A DNA stretch of 64,000 nt from Octopus bimaculoides (GCF_001194135.2 NC_068982.1:4548663-4612662), one strand, 5' to 3'. Positions 1-11,922 are shown, numbered from the stretch's first letter. Numbers and translations are program-made. Notes: generated from the letters alone by a model not told the origin.

Positions 1-54
1 CAAATTCTCTTATACACCAGATGTGCCATAAAAACTCTTGATTGGATCATGTCA

Positions 55-145
55 GGTGGGGGAGAAGAGCCATGCAAGGAACGTGAAAATCACGGTGGTG
101 CACCAGCATGACCGCAGCCACTTGGCTGAAACACATAAATAAATA
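55..145 (+). mobile_element. Diverged SINE 3' tail related to family A
   Basis: cacggtggtgcaccagcatgaccgcagccacttggctgaaacacataaataaa resembles the family A 3' end ggcggtgctccagcatggccgcagtcaaatgactgaaacaagtaaa (e.g. 22055-22100). Confidence 0.5.
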
Positions 146-171
146 TATATGTGTGTGTGTGTGTGTGTGCG

Positions 172-220
<49 letters not shown>

Positions 221-223
<3 letters not shown>

Positions 224-541
224 GGCGCGTGGCTTAGTCGTTGGGATATTCGCTTCATGATCGTAAAGTTGTGAGTTCAATTCCCGGCGAAACGTTGTGT
301 CCTTGAGCAAGACACTTTATTTCCACGTTGCTGCAGTCCACTCAGCTGGCAAAAATGAGTTGTACCTGTAATTCCAAAGGCCAGCCTTGTCATACAGTGT
401 CACGCTGAATTTTCCTGAGAACTGCTTTCAGAGTACGCATGTCAGTGGAATGCTCAACCACTTGCACGTTAATTTCACGAGCAGGATGTTCTGTTAATCG
501 TATCAGCTGTGACCCTCGTCGTGGTAACCGACGGAGTGCTC
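221..541 (+). mobile_element. tRNA-derived SINE, family C (near full length)
   Basis: A-box-like TGGCTTAGTCG, B-box-like GAGTTCAATTCC, then tgtgtccttgagcaagacacttta; homologous pieces at 7340-7452 (minus) and 53434-53672. Confidence 0.85.
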
Positions 542-659
542 CAGCACTTCGGATGTGCCAATACACACGAGCCTGATACATGGCCGCCCTCACGCACTTC
601 TCGCGAGGAATTCCGGAAAGAGCTTCATGAGACCAGTGCAGAGACACTACCGGGAAAAG

Positions 660-750
660 AAAAGATATAAGATAAAAAGAGGAAGAAGGAAGAAGGGGGG
701 AAGAAAGAAGAAGGGTGAAGAAAGAAGAAGTGGGGAAGAAAGAAAAAAAG
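660..750. repeat. Purine-rich low-complexity tract
   Basis: Degenerate (GAA/GGAA)n; source of the K/R/E/G-rich ORF 555-872. Confidence 0.8.
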
Positions 751-984
751 CCGTTAGAAAATCGACTGTAGCAGTGACTCGATCAATACCTAGGGATATC
801 CAAAGAAGTAATCTTTATATTCCGAAATATTATATCAGACTATGGATGATTAAATTACACCAGTTGTTATAATCCATTCTTGTTATTGTAGTGCATTGTT
901 GTGTCATTCAAAACACATTATTACTATTTATTATTATTGTTTACAAACAATACACAATGCTTCAAGCGAACTACAATACTCTCT

Positions 985-989
<5 letters not shown>

Positions 990-1032
<43 letters not shown>
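990..1032. repeat. (CA)n microsatellite
   Basis: Direct reading. Confidence 0.95.
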
Positions 1033-1034
<2 letters not shown>

Positions 1035-1745
1035 ACACATATATAACAGTAAAAGTGGAAACAGCATGGAAGTATGCTGAAAGATTCTTTTTACATTTTT
1101 TTCGGACAGGATAAGTGTTTCTATATTCGTTACATTAAATCACTTTACCAGTTTCAATGTGTATGTCCTTCCTATCAAATATTAATGTTTCAAAGTCAAT
1201 AATTTGAAAATAAGAATTAGACATTAGAAATGAAAGCGGTTTGTTCGCATATTACTTGTGTAGTTATGAACGTTTTATATAATGTACAGAAAACAAGTGT
1301 TGCATCCAGTCTCACTGTATATGCACTCATTAAATAGCTTTAAAAACTAAACCTGTTTTCTGCGTATTATTTTATCTATTTACAGAGATGTACTTGCATA
1401 GCAAGTGACTTGATCTGGGATCGTGTGCTGAAACAAAAACAATTCCAGCGTGGAAGGTTTAATTAAATTTAAATGTTGAAGTGAATCCAACGGTTTTTGT
1501 GTGTATTTTAAATGAGTTATAAACACCTTCTACGCTGCACTTGATTTTTTCTGTTCTTTTGTTTGTATTCTGCACTCTAGCAGTTCCGTGTCCCGCGTCG
1601 TATTATACGACATGCAGGAATGAATTGTGGAGTGCACAACAGAGCCCAGTTTTGGTTGAGTATCGCATGTCACTGGGCCTTCCTTTCTTGAGTTATATAT
1701 GTGTATAATTACACGCACGCAGACACACACACATGCAGACACACG

Positions 1746-1793
<48 letters not shown>

Positions 1794-1977
1794 AGAGAAT
1801 GAGAGAGTGAGAGGTGGAGGTTCAAATCACATAAACTAAACGATTAGAATTTGATGCAAAATGATACAAAGGTACCAAATACTACGTTGCGTCATGCAGG
1901 TAAAAATTTTAAACAGCGTAGAAATACAAGGTGATAAAACTGCAAAGAAGTGTATAAAGAGGTTTAATATGCTAAAG

Positions 1978-2061
1978 TGAGAAGAAGAAGAAGAAGAAGA
2001 AGAAGAAGAAGAAGAAGAAGAAGAAGAAGAAGAAGAAGAAGAAGAAGAAGAAGAAGAAGAA
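1978..2061. repeat. (GAA)n microsatellite
   Basis: Long perfect GAA run; source of the poly-Ser ORF 1836-2153. Confidence 0.97.
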
Positions 2062-2281
2062 AATTGACTTTTCGATTGATACCTTTCAGAGAAGGAAAAA
2101 TAGAAAAAAGAATTGAGATGCAAAAGAAAGATAAAGGAATGTAAAATAATCAAAAGATGTCTGTTTACATGAAAGATTGGAAGCAGAATGAGGTTTGCTA
2201 TGAGATCTGTGTAGCTTTTGTCTATATTTTTCTCTTTCTGTTTCTTCAGTTATTTTTCAATTTTTTATTTTACTTTTCTTC

Positions 2282-2314
2282 TCTTTGATAAAGGGTAACT
2301 CCCGAAACGTCAGA
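2282..2314 (+). ncRNA. Degenerate minimal type I hammerhead ribozyme (Penelope-like type)
   Basis: TCT-[TTGATAA]-A-GGG taact CCC-GAAA-CGTC-AGA: stem I TCT/AGA, core with C3>U and G8>A, stem II GGG/CCC, GAAA, palindromic ACGT stem III, GUC site. Confidence 0.55.
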
Positions 2315-2737
2315 TTTTATTCTCGTAGTACCATTCATTGTACAAATATTTGAATGTTTTCGCTTTATATTTTTACGCTTTTCAGACGCTCACTTTTACT
2401 TACCTGACACCTCATAATATTTTTCCATTTGTTTGTTTTCTCTCTGCGTCAAAGTTTACTCGTGTTATTTGTGTGACTTTTATATAATTATAACCTGAAG
2501 GCTATGCAGAATTATTCACCGCTACTGCGCAGATTATACATTACAACTAAATATTATATTAAACTGTGTTAGATATAGATAGATAAAGAAAATATTAAAT
2601 GGTTTAAAGCAAAACACACACACAAAAACTCGATACAATGAAGTATTTTAACTGAAACGTAAAACGTTTTGACTTGTATGAAGCCGTTACATATCTGATA
2701 CTCGTCAACAACTGAAGATCATTCGATTTCTTAGTAA

Positions 2738-2903
2738 AGCGTGTGGCTGTGTGGTAAGTAGCTTGCTTACCAACCACATGGTTCTAGGTTCAGTCTCACT
2801 GCGTGGAACTTTGGGCAAGTGTGTTCTACTATAGCCTCGGGCCGACCAAAGCCTTGTGAGTAGATTTGGTAGACGGAAACTGAAAGAAGCCTGTCGTATA
2901 TAA

Positions 2904-2935
<32 letters not shown>
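2738..2935 (+). mobile_element. tRNA-derived SINE family A, 5' half running into (TA)n and gap
   Basis: gtggctgtgtggtaagtagcttgcttaccaaccacatggttct...gaaactgaaagaagcctgtcgtata matches 21681-21842. Confidence 0.9.
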
Positions 2936-3691
2936 NNNNNNNNNNNNNNNNNNNNNNNNNNNNNNNNNNNNNNNNNNNNNNNNNNNNNNNNNNNNNNNNN
3001 NNNNNNNNNNNNNNNNNNNNNNNNNNNNNNNNNNNNNNNNNNNNNNNNNNNNNNNNNNNNNNNNNNNNNNNNNNNNNNNNNNNNNNNNNNNNNNNNNNNN
3101 NNNNNNNNNNNNNNNNNNNNNNNNNNNNNNNNNNNNNNNNNNNNNNNNNNNNNNNNNNNNNNNNNNNNNNNNNNNNNNNNNNNNNNNNNNNNNNNNNNNN
3201 NNNNNNNNNNNNNNNNNNNNNNNNNNNNNNNNNNNNNNNNNNNNNNNNNNNNNNNNNNNNNNNNNNNNNNNNNNNNNNNNNNNNNNNNNNNNNNNNNNNN
3301 NNNNNNNNNNNNNNNNNNNNNNNNNNNNNNNNNNNNNNNNNNNNNNNNNNNNNNNNNNNNNNNNNNNNNNNNNNNNNNNNNNNNNNNNNNNNNNNNNNNN
3401 NNNNNNNNNNNNNNNNNNNNNNNNNNNNNNNNNNNNNNNNNNNNNNNNNNNNNNNNNNNNNNNNNNNNNNNNNNNNNNNNNNNNNNNNNNNNNNNNNNNN
3501 NNNNNNNNNNNNNNNNNNNNNNNNNNNNNNNNNNNNNNNNNNNNNNNNNNNNNNNNNNNNNNNNNNNNNNNNNNNNNNNNNNNNNNNNNNNNNNNNNNNN
3601 NNNNNNNNNNNNNNNNNNNNNNNNNNNNNNNNNNNNNNNNNNNNNNNNNNNNNNNNNNNNNNNNNNNNNNNNNNNNNNNNNNNNNNNNNNN
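2936..3691. other. Assembly gap (first of 13; others 6067-6810, 12432-12490, 26511-27427, 30437-30599, 31474-31751, 34080-34305, 41938-42095, 44007-44232, 53323-53433, 54341-54889, 55812-56694, 62821-63321)
   Basis: N runs; most are bordered by (TA)n, (TG)n, (TCTA)n or (AAT)n. Confidence 0.99.
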
Positions 3692-4065
3692 AATTTATGG
3701 GTAATTTACGGAGCTAAGGGAATTGGATGAACATTAAGAATTGCAAGTAGATAATTTTTATTATTGATATTTTCTATTTCACTTGCAAAATTATATATAA
3801 AAATTTTTAAATTATTTTTTCATTATTCCTTTAAATTTTTTTAACACTGATGATTTGTTTGGAATGCATTTAAAAATGTTTTTCCAAGTTTTGTATTCAC
3901 ATTAAATTCGACAGAATATTAAACCATATCATTTTTTTACATTTTCTCGTTTCCCGTGTTTGAGAAATGTTAACCTCCTCCTCCTCCTCCTCCTCCTCCC
4001 CCCGTCGTCGTCATCATCACCGTCATCATCATCATCAACGTCGTCATGATCGTCATCGTCATTAT

Positions 4066-4375
4066 TATCACCTCCACCTTAGCGAAGGCGGAGGTATTGC
4101 TTTCAGTCGTGTTTATTTGTTTGTCCGTGGACAAAATATCTTAAGAACCGCTGGATGGATTCGGATGAAACTTTCAAGGATGTTTGACCTCATGACTGGC
4201 ACGAACTGCTTAGATTTTGGGATCGATCTGGTACCGGACAAGGATTCTGGATTATTTGTTACATTTATTTCACATGATTACGATCATACGTTCACTTTCA
4301 AGTCTTTTTCAATTATCTCCCTTTTGGCTGTTTCAAAAGTTTTATTTTCGTCTCACTATTATTAATTTTACTCCC
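4066..4375 (+). mobile_element. Helentron-associated (HINE/DINE-1-like) non-autonomous element
   Basis: Begins with the hairpin acctccacctt-agcg-aaggcggaggt, then gtgtttatttgtttgtcc...ggatggattcggatgaaactttca...ttagattttgggatcgatctgg, the layout I recall for tacctccgcc...ggaggt elements of fish and invertebrates. Confidence 0.55.
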
Positions 4376-4790
4376 GTCTCTATCTTAGTAGAAACTGAAA
4401 GGTAAACAAATCAGATTACATAAACAAATGGCAGCAAAATAACATAACATACTTTTAAAAATATGTATATTATATATTATACATACGCATTAACACTTTA
4501 CTTTATACTTACATATGTACATACATCTATACATCGATCTAAAACAACAGGAATACTAAAGGAAGGCCGGAATTTTAGAGAAGAGAAAACCAAAAGGTCT
4601 CATGCGATTCATTTAAAAATTCCTTAGTAGAACTTATTATTAACTCTGCCTTTGAAACTCTTGAATGGTGAATTTGTTAACTTTCGCTTGTATTAGATAA
4701 GGATAAACTATTCATTACTGTTACTAAATTTTCTACAGCCACCTTCACAATCCATGATTACCATCTTCTTCTTCTTCTTCTTCTTCTTAA

Positions 4791-4995
4791 AGACAGTGAG
4801 GTGGCAGAATCGTTACCACGCCGGGCGAAGTGCTTAGCAGTGTTTTGCCTGCCGCTAAATTCTGAGTTCAAATTCCGTCGACTTTGCTTTCATCCTTTAG
4901 GGGCCAATAAATTAAGTACCACTGACGTACTGGAACCGATGTAATCGACTATAGCCCATCCCAAACTTTCATGTTTTGTGCCTATAATAGAAAGG
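4791..4995 (+). mobile_element. tRNA-derived SINE family B
   Basis: tggcagaatcgtta...gagttcaaattcc...gactttgctttcatccttt...aattaagtacca...gatgtaatcgact, homologous to 10196-10410 and 33590-33812. Confidence 0.9.
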
Positions 4996-4997
4996 AT

Positions 4998-5305
4998 CCA
5001 TCATTCATCACTTCGTGAACATCGCGAAGCGATGAGTACTTTTCCCAAACCTCATTTGTAGTCCGATTCTGGAAAGACAGATACGTCCACAGGTGGAGCA
5101 TGTAAAGCCTTGCTGCTATTTACTTTCAAGGTTCTGTACGTGTTGTCAGGCGCGGCGTGCCACTTCACTCTGCAGTAGATGTTCTTGGAGTTTGGTAGTG
5201 CCAGTCTTGTATGCGTCACACCAGCTAGTGCGATCTGCGATCATTGATTCGAGACTGTAATATTTAGGCGCTGATCTGACAGGGTCTTTCTCACGCCGGT
5301 AAAAA
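4998..5305 (-). mobile_element. RTE-clade LINE 3' end fragment
   Basis: Minus-strand translation SMIADRTSWCDAYKTG ... GFTCSTCGRICLSRIGL matches the RTE C-terminal LAxDRxxWR motif and CxxCGRxCxSRIGL zinc finger; ends in a short (GAT)-like tail. Confidence 0.8.
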
Positions 5306-5879
5306 CACCTTGCGGAATTTTTCCTCATTTTATTTCTTAGCTTAAAGGCCAAGTTTACCTTCCATACTTCCGGGTTCGATAAAATAAGTATCAATCAAGT
5401 ATAGCAGGCAATGTAATCGACTTCCCTTTCCCCTCCCCTCAACGACTGTGACAAAATAAGGAAGGATTAACAATATTTAATTTTACACATGCAACATTAT
5501 ATGTATAAATTTAAATTATTCTATACCGATTAAATCTTTTTAACGTCTATTATTTTTTGGGAATGAATTTAGAAGTGCCTTCGACGTCTTATGATTAGAT
5601 TAAATTGGAAGGAATATTAAACAATTAATTACATTGTTTACGTTTTTTTCTTTTTTCCGTGTGTAGGAATTGTGAACTATGCAAACTGAGAGTAAATGAA
5701 TTTGCTTCAACATCCTGCCTGTTAGCATAAATCATTTAACATGGCAGTTTGCTTACGGTTATCTATAACGTGATCACATATATCTGCCATTTTGTTTCAA
5801 AAGAACAACTCCTAATTAAGATGAAAAGCTAAAACTGTAACGGGTTTAAGGATAAATAACATGAATAGTAATATATAAG

Positions 5880-6066
5880 GTTTGTTTAACACAGTTCAAT
5901 ATTTAAGAGATGAGGAATTATGTACATTATTCACATTATTTACATTTGACGGATATTTTGTCCTCATCTTGTTTATTGCTAACACAACGTTTGGGCTGAT
6001 ATACCCTCCAGCCTTCATCAGGTGTCTTGGGGAAATCTCGAACCTGGGTTCTCATTCCTTTTACTT
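5880..6066 (-). mobile_element. Penelope-like/retrozyme-type repeat carrying a hammerhead motif, truncated by gap
   Basis: Contains the hammerhead at 5981-6026 followed by an AT-rich segment; no RT ORF visible. Confidence 0.5.
5981..6026 (-). ncRNA. Minimal type I hammerhead ribozyme, one core substitution
   Basis: Minus strand GACAC-CTGATGA-A-GGCTG gagggtatat CAGCC-CAAA-CGTT-GTGTT: 5 bp stem I (one G-U), intact CUGAUGA, perfect 5 bp stem II, palindromic ACGT stem III; G12 reads C at position 5993. Confidence 0.75.
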
Positions 6067-6810
6067 NNNNNNNNNNNNNNNNNNNNNNNNNNNNNNNNNN
6101 NNNNNNNNNNNNNNNNNNNNNNNNNNNNNNNNNNNNNNNNNNNNNNNNNNNNNNNNNNNNNNNNNNNNNNNNNNNNNNNNNNNNNNNNNNNNNNNNNNNN
6201 NNNNNNNNNNNNNNNNNNNNNNNNNNNNNNNNNNNNNNNNNNNNNNNNNNNNNNNNNNNNNNNNNNNNNNNNNNNNNNNNNNNNNNNNNNNNNNNNNNNN
6301 NNNNNNNNNNNNNNNNNNNNNNNNNNNNNNNNNNNNNNNNNNNNNNNNNNNNNNNNNNNNNNNNNNNNNNNNNNNNNNNNNNNNNNNNNNNNNNNNNNNN
6401 NNNNNNNNNNNNNNNNNNNNNNNNNNNNNNNNNNNNNNNNNNNNNNNNNNNNNNNNNNNNNNNNNNNNNNNNNNNNNNNNNNNNNNNNNNNNNNNNNNNN
6501 NNNNNNNNNNNNNNNNNNNNNNNNNNNNNNNNNNNNNNNNNNNNNNNNNNNNNNNNNNNNNNNNNNNNNNNNNNNNNNNNNNNNNNNNNNNNNNNNNNNN
6601 NNNNNNNNNNNNNNNNNNNNNNNNNNNNNNNNNNNNNNNNNNNNNNNNNNNNNNNNNNNNNNNNNNNNNNNNNNNNNNNNNNNNNNNNNNNNNNNNNNNN
6701 NNNNNNNNNNNNNNNNNNNNNNNNNNNNNNNNNNNNNNNNNNNNNNNNNNNNNNNNNNNNNNNNNNNNNNNNNNNNNNNNNNNNNNNNNNNNNNNNNNNN
6801 NNNNNNNNNC

Positions 6811-6990
6811 ATCATTTCACAACCGATGTTGGTGTGCTTACGTCCCCGTTACCTAGCAGTTTGGCAAAAGAGATCCGATAGAATAAGTATTAGGCTTACA
6901 AAGAATAAGTCCTTGGGTCTATTTGTTCGACTAAAGGTGGTGCTCCACCATGGCCGCAGTCAAATGACTGAAACAAGTAAAAGAAAAAGA
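6811..6990 (+). mobile_element. SINE family A, 3' half
   Basis: acaaccgatgttggtgtg...gatagaataagta...catggccgcagtcaaatgactgaaacaagtaaaag. Confidence 0.9.
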
Positions 6991-7024
6991 AATTTTACTA
7001 TAGAAGTAACAAATATCGGCTTCA

Positions 7025-7190
7025 AAAGTTTGGCACAAGGCCAGCAATTTTGGGGGATGAAGTAAATTGAATATATCGAGTCCAGTTCTCAAATGATATT
7101 TTATCTATCCTGAAACGATGAATGTCGAAGTTGACCTCGGCGGAATTTGAATTCAGAGCTTAAAGACGGACAAATTGCTTCTAAGCACTT
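7025..7190 (-). mobile_element. Diverged family B-related SINE
   Basis: ggcacaaggccagcaattt...gttgacctcggcggaatttgaattcagagc. Confidence 0.7.
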
Positions 7191-7339
7191 GACCCTGCGT
7201 CATAACATTTCTGCCAGGTCTTTGAAAAGGATGAAAATATTTCCCGAATCATATAAGCTCATAGCGTTGGTTTCCCCGACGTATACATTATTTATGTCGA
7301 AGGGACTTACTCCTTTTTGCCAGCCGAGAAGACAGGAGT

Positions 7340-7452
7340 AAAGTGAAATGAAGTGTTTTGCTCAAGAAAACAACACGTCGCCCGGTGCATGAATTGAAAT
7401 CGGAATCTTATGACCACTAGTCGAACACCCAAACCACTAAGCCACGCGCCTC
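7340..7452 (-). mobile_element. SINE family C head
   Basis: gtgttttgctcaagaaaacaac...ccactaagccacgcgcctc is the reverse complement of the 221-320 head. Confidence 0.8.
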
Positions 7453-7471
7453 TACAGAAATAGCAAATATT

Positions 7472-7676
7472 CTTTGCTACTCTATGTACAAGGCCCTAAC
7501 CCTAACCCTAACCCTAACCCTCGACCTCTGTATGCAATCGGTACTTAATTTATCGACCCCAAAAAGATGAAAGGCAAAGTCGACCTCGGCGGAATTTGAA
7601 CTCAGAACGTATAGGGATACGAAATACTGCTAAGCATTACGCCCAGCGTGCTAACATTTGTGTCAGCTCGCCGCGT
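7472..7676 (-). mobile_element. SINE family B with 16 bp target-site duplication
   Basis: AGAAATAGCAAATATT at 7456-7471 and 7677-7692 flanks the copy. Confidence 0.92.
7494..7521. repeat. Interstitial telomeric repeat (CCCTAA)4+CCCT
   Basis: Direct reading; lies inside the SINE. Confidence 0.9.
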
Positions 7677-10195
7677 AGAAATAGCAAATATTAACAACAA
7701 AGATGTTAACTGTTATCTACATCTCGATCATCCAGTTGCCTCAGTTGCATAAATCACCAATTAAATAATTTAGGACTTACAAAGTTAATACATAATTGTG
7801 AGAAATTATTTTGTTTCTGAATGAAATTACGTTAAAATTTCTGTGCATCCTCATTACATGCATTTCAGACAGACTTTTGTCGCATAAGACCTTTATAGAT
7901 AAAGAATATAGTAACCTTTGTGTGTGTGTGTGTTTGTGTGAAGGTAGGCCTGAGACAACAGTTGAGAGGTTCGAGTTCGACTCCATCGCCTGACGACTTA
8001 AGTTTCTTTATTACAGGCGCTGAGGTTGATGCGAGCCGAGTGAATGAAATTCGGTAGAAGAGGACCTCATACCAATTGCCGGTTGTTTTTGCCCGTAATT
8101 GAATGATTCAGCCTTCTCACATATTTGTATACTTATTCTACTTGAGAATTATGCCACAGGCACACGCGTCTCTGCCAATTTACATTGATCGCTCTGTTGA
8201 TCGACCTATAATAATTGAATGCTGATATGCCGAAATCGAAAGAAAATCTATCAATTCAATATATCCGTAAATATAGATATTAAATAGAACACTCTTGGTA
8301 ATAAGACATTTTGACCTCAATTTATTTCCAAAGGAATTAAGATTTATGTTCTAATCAAATAATTTAAAAGCATTAATCTGAGCATATGATGTAATTTTGA
8401 AATAATTACATGAAGTAATTCTATTGCCGGCGTCAAATTTCCAGAAGCAATATTTCGAGTAAAAGCATTTATATTTTGACATTGGTACAACCTTTGCCTC
8501 AAAGTTTAACAAACAGAACAGAAATGGAATGACTTGCGGTTGTTATTTAAATACGAATGAAGGGGAATAAACTTAAGTTTGTATGAAAGATGTAGAACGA
8601 ATACTTATTAAATGAGATATAAATGGCTACTTGCATAGCATGTATTGGAAAAAAGACATAAATGTATGTAACATCTGTTTCTTTCTAACATCGATGTAAA
8701 GTCAATGTGAAATTTGCATTTGAAAATAAAGATTTCATTTAGTATTTTGCTATGTTACAACGGCCATATTTTAGCGTCGTGGGTTTAAGGCATTTCCCAT
8801 AGGTGTGATCAGTCTAAACAAAGTGAATTTTCTTTACGCTAGTTTTGGCATCGTGTCGTTTTGTTACGCCACCGAGAATTGATCTCTTGCGCAACAGAGA
8901 GGATCCATTGAACGATTGTTGAATCTGTACAGTTTATTTTAGTCTTTGTTTTCTATTTAAGGAAAATTGAATGTAATACCATTATGTTTGTTGGTCTCAA
9001 TGACTACCACTGCAGAGACAATAGCATTAACATTTATAAATTGGAATACAAAGATAAATTTCAACATCCATGAGGTTATATATGAAGCACAAAGAATATG
9101 CGCCTGAATGTGGTCCGAGGCCAAATGCTAAAACTCGGATTAACAATTTAAATCGAGTGGTGATGCATCAAATATTCACTAATAGTAGAATAGTGCAGTG
9201 GTAAGCAGTAATCATCATCAAAGTAGTGAGTTAATCTGGCTCGATAACACGCGTTCATAAATTAGAAAATGAGTGTCTTTGAATCGTACAAAGGGTCAGA
9301 GAAAGGGTTTTAAGAAAAGAAAAGCTGCGCAATACAAGAAAGTTTGGGAATAACTGACTTTGAGGTAAGTGTTTGTGTATTGCTTTTGAATGCTTCCAGC
9401 CACAGGTGAGATCGGTACAGTTAATGTTCCTGATAAATAGATGCAAGTTGTCGGTGATGGTTGGGCGGTATGAAGTTTGGGAGAACACAATATGGATGAC
9501 GGGGAAGGAGAAACGAATGACTTGGAAGTTTCTGAATGGCGGCTGCCTGTAATGCATTATCATTAAATATTTGCCATGAAGTTGCAAGCATCATTCAGGA
9601 ACAAACAAATATACGTCAGTTGACACTTTTATGTTTGGTCTTAATACCATTGGCATCATTTCTATTCAATAAAATCTTTAAGATATTTGTATCTAGTCAA
9701 AAGAAACCCGAGTGATTACATGTGTGTTTGTCGTATGCGTTTGAATCAACGAGCCACGCGCGATTGCAGCCATTTCACTTTCCTTGTATAGCTAACACAT
9801 TTCGTAAGCTTGAACGAGACTAATATTCTGAAAACCTTCCGACTTGAAAAGAAATCAGTATTATTTATAAAAAATGTGGAAACACCACCCACATGGAAGG
9901 TTATGTTGTTTCTCATAAAGGTTGATGTCTGATGGGATAAGCTACTGGCATGATAAACAGAGATTTAAACAGGCCAACAAAGCGGCCCCAATGCAATTTG
10001 AACAGGTACCTACTTTCGAATAAAGGAACTCATATCCTTGCTTGTGTGCTACATATTCTTATTTCTGGAAGGAGCACGCTGTGCAGTGAAATAGTTATCG
10101 AAGCTAATTCTGACCTGTACTTTTATCTTATTGACAGTGAAAAGATGCCTTTTCCAACGCTTTAACAACTGTGCCAATGCGCCGCCTCTACGCTG

Positions 10196-10410
10196 ATATT
10201 CTTTTCTACGATAGGTACAAGGCCCGAAAGTTTTGGGGGAGGGGCTAATCGATTAGATCGACCCCAGTACGCAACTGGTACTTAATTTATCGACTCCGAA
10301 AAGATGAAAAGCAAAGTCGACTTCGGTGGAATTTGAACTCAGAACGTAAAGACAGACGAAATGCTGCTTAGCATTTCGCCCGGCGTGCTAACGTTTCTGC
10401 CAGCTCGCTG
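10196..10410 (-). mobile_element. SINE family B, near consensus
   Basis: gtacaaggcccgaaagttttgggg...gtcgacttcggtggaatttgaactcagaacg...gccagctcgc. Confidence 0.92.
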
Positions 10411-11582
10411 ACTTGCACTTACGCTTATATTAAATGAAAGAAAACTGCGACGTGCGAAAGATACCAACATGAACCGGCATATTTGATTTTGTGTTTGTTA
10501 CTTTAATATACCAACGTTTATTTGCTACATACACGTATACATTTAAAAAGATCAATACACACATGCACACACACATGCACACATACAGGCACACATTTAG
10601 ATTTATCATCACTTCCATATATGTACGCCTGTATCTTAGCTCATTCGTTTCCATATTGTATACGTGGGAATATAATTTCCCGTGTATCGTTTCCTACATA
10701 AGGATGAATAGCATTTAATTTGAGAGTGATTTATCTTACGAGTCACACAACCACGCAGAAGTTCTCCATGTTGGTTGGAAGTAAATTTTGGTGTTGTCAC
10801 GCAGGCTCATTTCAGCCGTTGTCTAAAAACTATGTTGAAAGTCATTCCAGTCGTGTCAATCCAATCATGTTGATATCAAGAACTATATTTACGGGAGTGA
10901 TTTGTGGTTGGTTTAGAAGCAACTTCCTTCAGCCTGTCTATGTATTTCCCAACTCTCTTATCTCAAATGCTAAAAGTGTTTGGGGGTTAAGCAATTTTGT
11001 CACGGTTACAATACGTCTATTTATGCAAATATATACACTTCAGACCAAACCGACACACACAAAAGGTGTAAAATTACCCCTTTGCCCCAAGACAAAAGAA
11101 ACCTATCGCAATTTGAATTACATTGTTCTCTCCCTCTCTACCTATTACTTAGCACCTCTTATCTGATATTGTTTAGAAAATATTCACATTTTAATAACTT
11201 AAATACTGTTCTCCGAATGATACAGCTAGTCCAGAGAGTCAAGAGGACTCATTTGACAAAGCTTTAAACGAAAGTTTTAATGGCACATAGTTTAATTAAA
11301 AGTTTTGCCATGTAACTGACAGCAGTTCTGCCTTGGTTTCGGAATGCATTACGCACCGAAATCCCTATGGTTTGACGTATCTAATTGGAGAGAATGAGAA
11401 ATGAGATTTTTAGGGGATAGTATATACATATCAACGCATAATTATAATTATAACAAGATATTATGAGTGCCATTGGCAAGAGCAGTGGCTTATTCGACAC
11501 CCTGTCACTTCCACGGACGTAGCTCTTAATACCTTACACTTGGTAGTCAATATGCATCATCCAGCACTGAGAAGTAAGCGCA

Positions 11583-11922
11583 TTATATAACTGATGAGCA
11601 CTTTATTTACTAACAATTTCTCATTTCTTATGCCGTATATATGATGTTTATCAAAAGAAAACCGGTTTCATGTATAACTTCAAGGGTGAGTTAGTTATAA
11701 ATTAATGAATCCAGTTTATATTGTTGACGTCATAACTACTGGTCATTATTAAGACACTCACATAATATGGATGTGTGTGCTGTGAATGTCTCATACAAAT
11801 TTGCCTGTATGTATTTATGTGATGCCGGTCAGTCTGGTGGTGCCTGCCAATATCAAACGAAACTCATCGGAGGAATTTAATTCCCCTTAACTATCAAACA
11901 AAGCTCTCATCAATTATTTATA
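11583..11922. mobile_element. Degenerate MITE-like element
   Basis: Left tataactgatgagcacttt and right aaagctctcatcaattat are imperfect inverted repeats; 11840-11920 is also the reverse complement of 13630-13715. Confidence 0.4.

Noticed and set aside
3967-4365. 132-aa ORF with poly-S/H
   Set aside because: Trinucleotide repeats plus a non-autonomous Helentron-type element.
7940-8020. tRNA gene or hammerhead (B-box-like gttcgactcc; GAAAC-TTAA-GTC on minus)
   Set aside because: No cloverleaf or A-box, and no CUGANGA core at the required position; probably a SINE head remnant.
9290-9570. Host exons around GAG|GTAAGT at 9365
   Set aside because: All frames contain stops or lack a credible acceptor; no recognisable protein.
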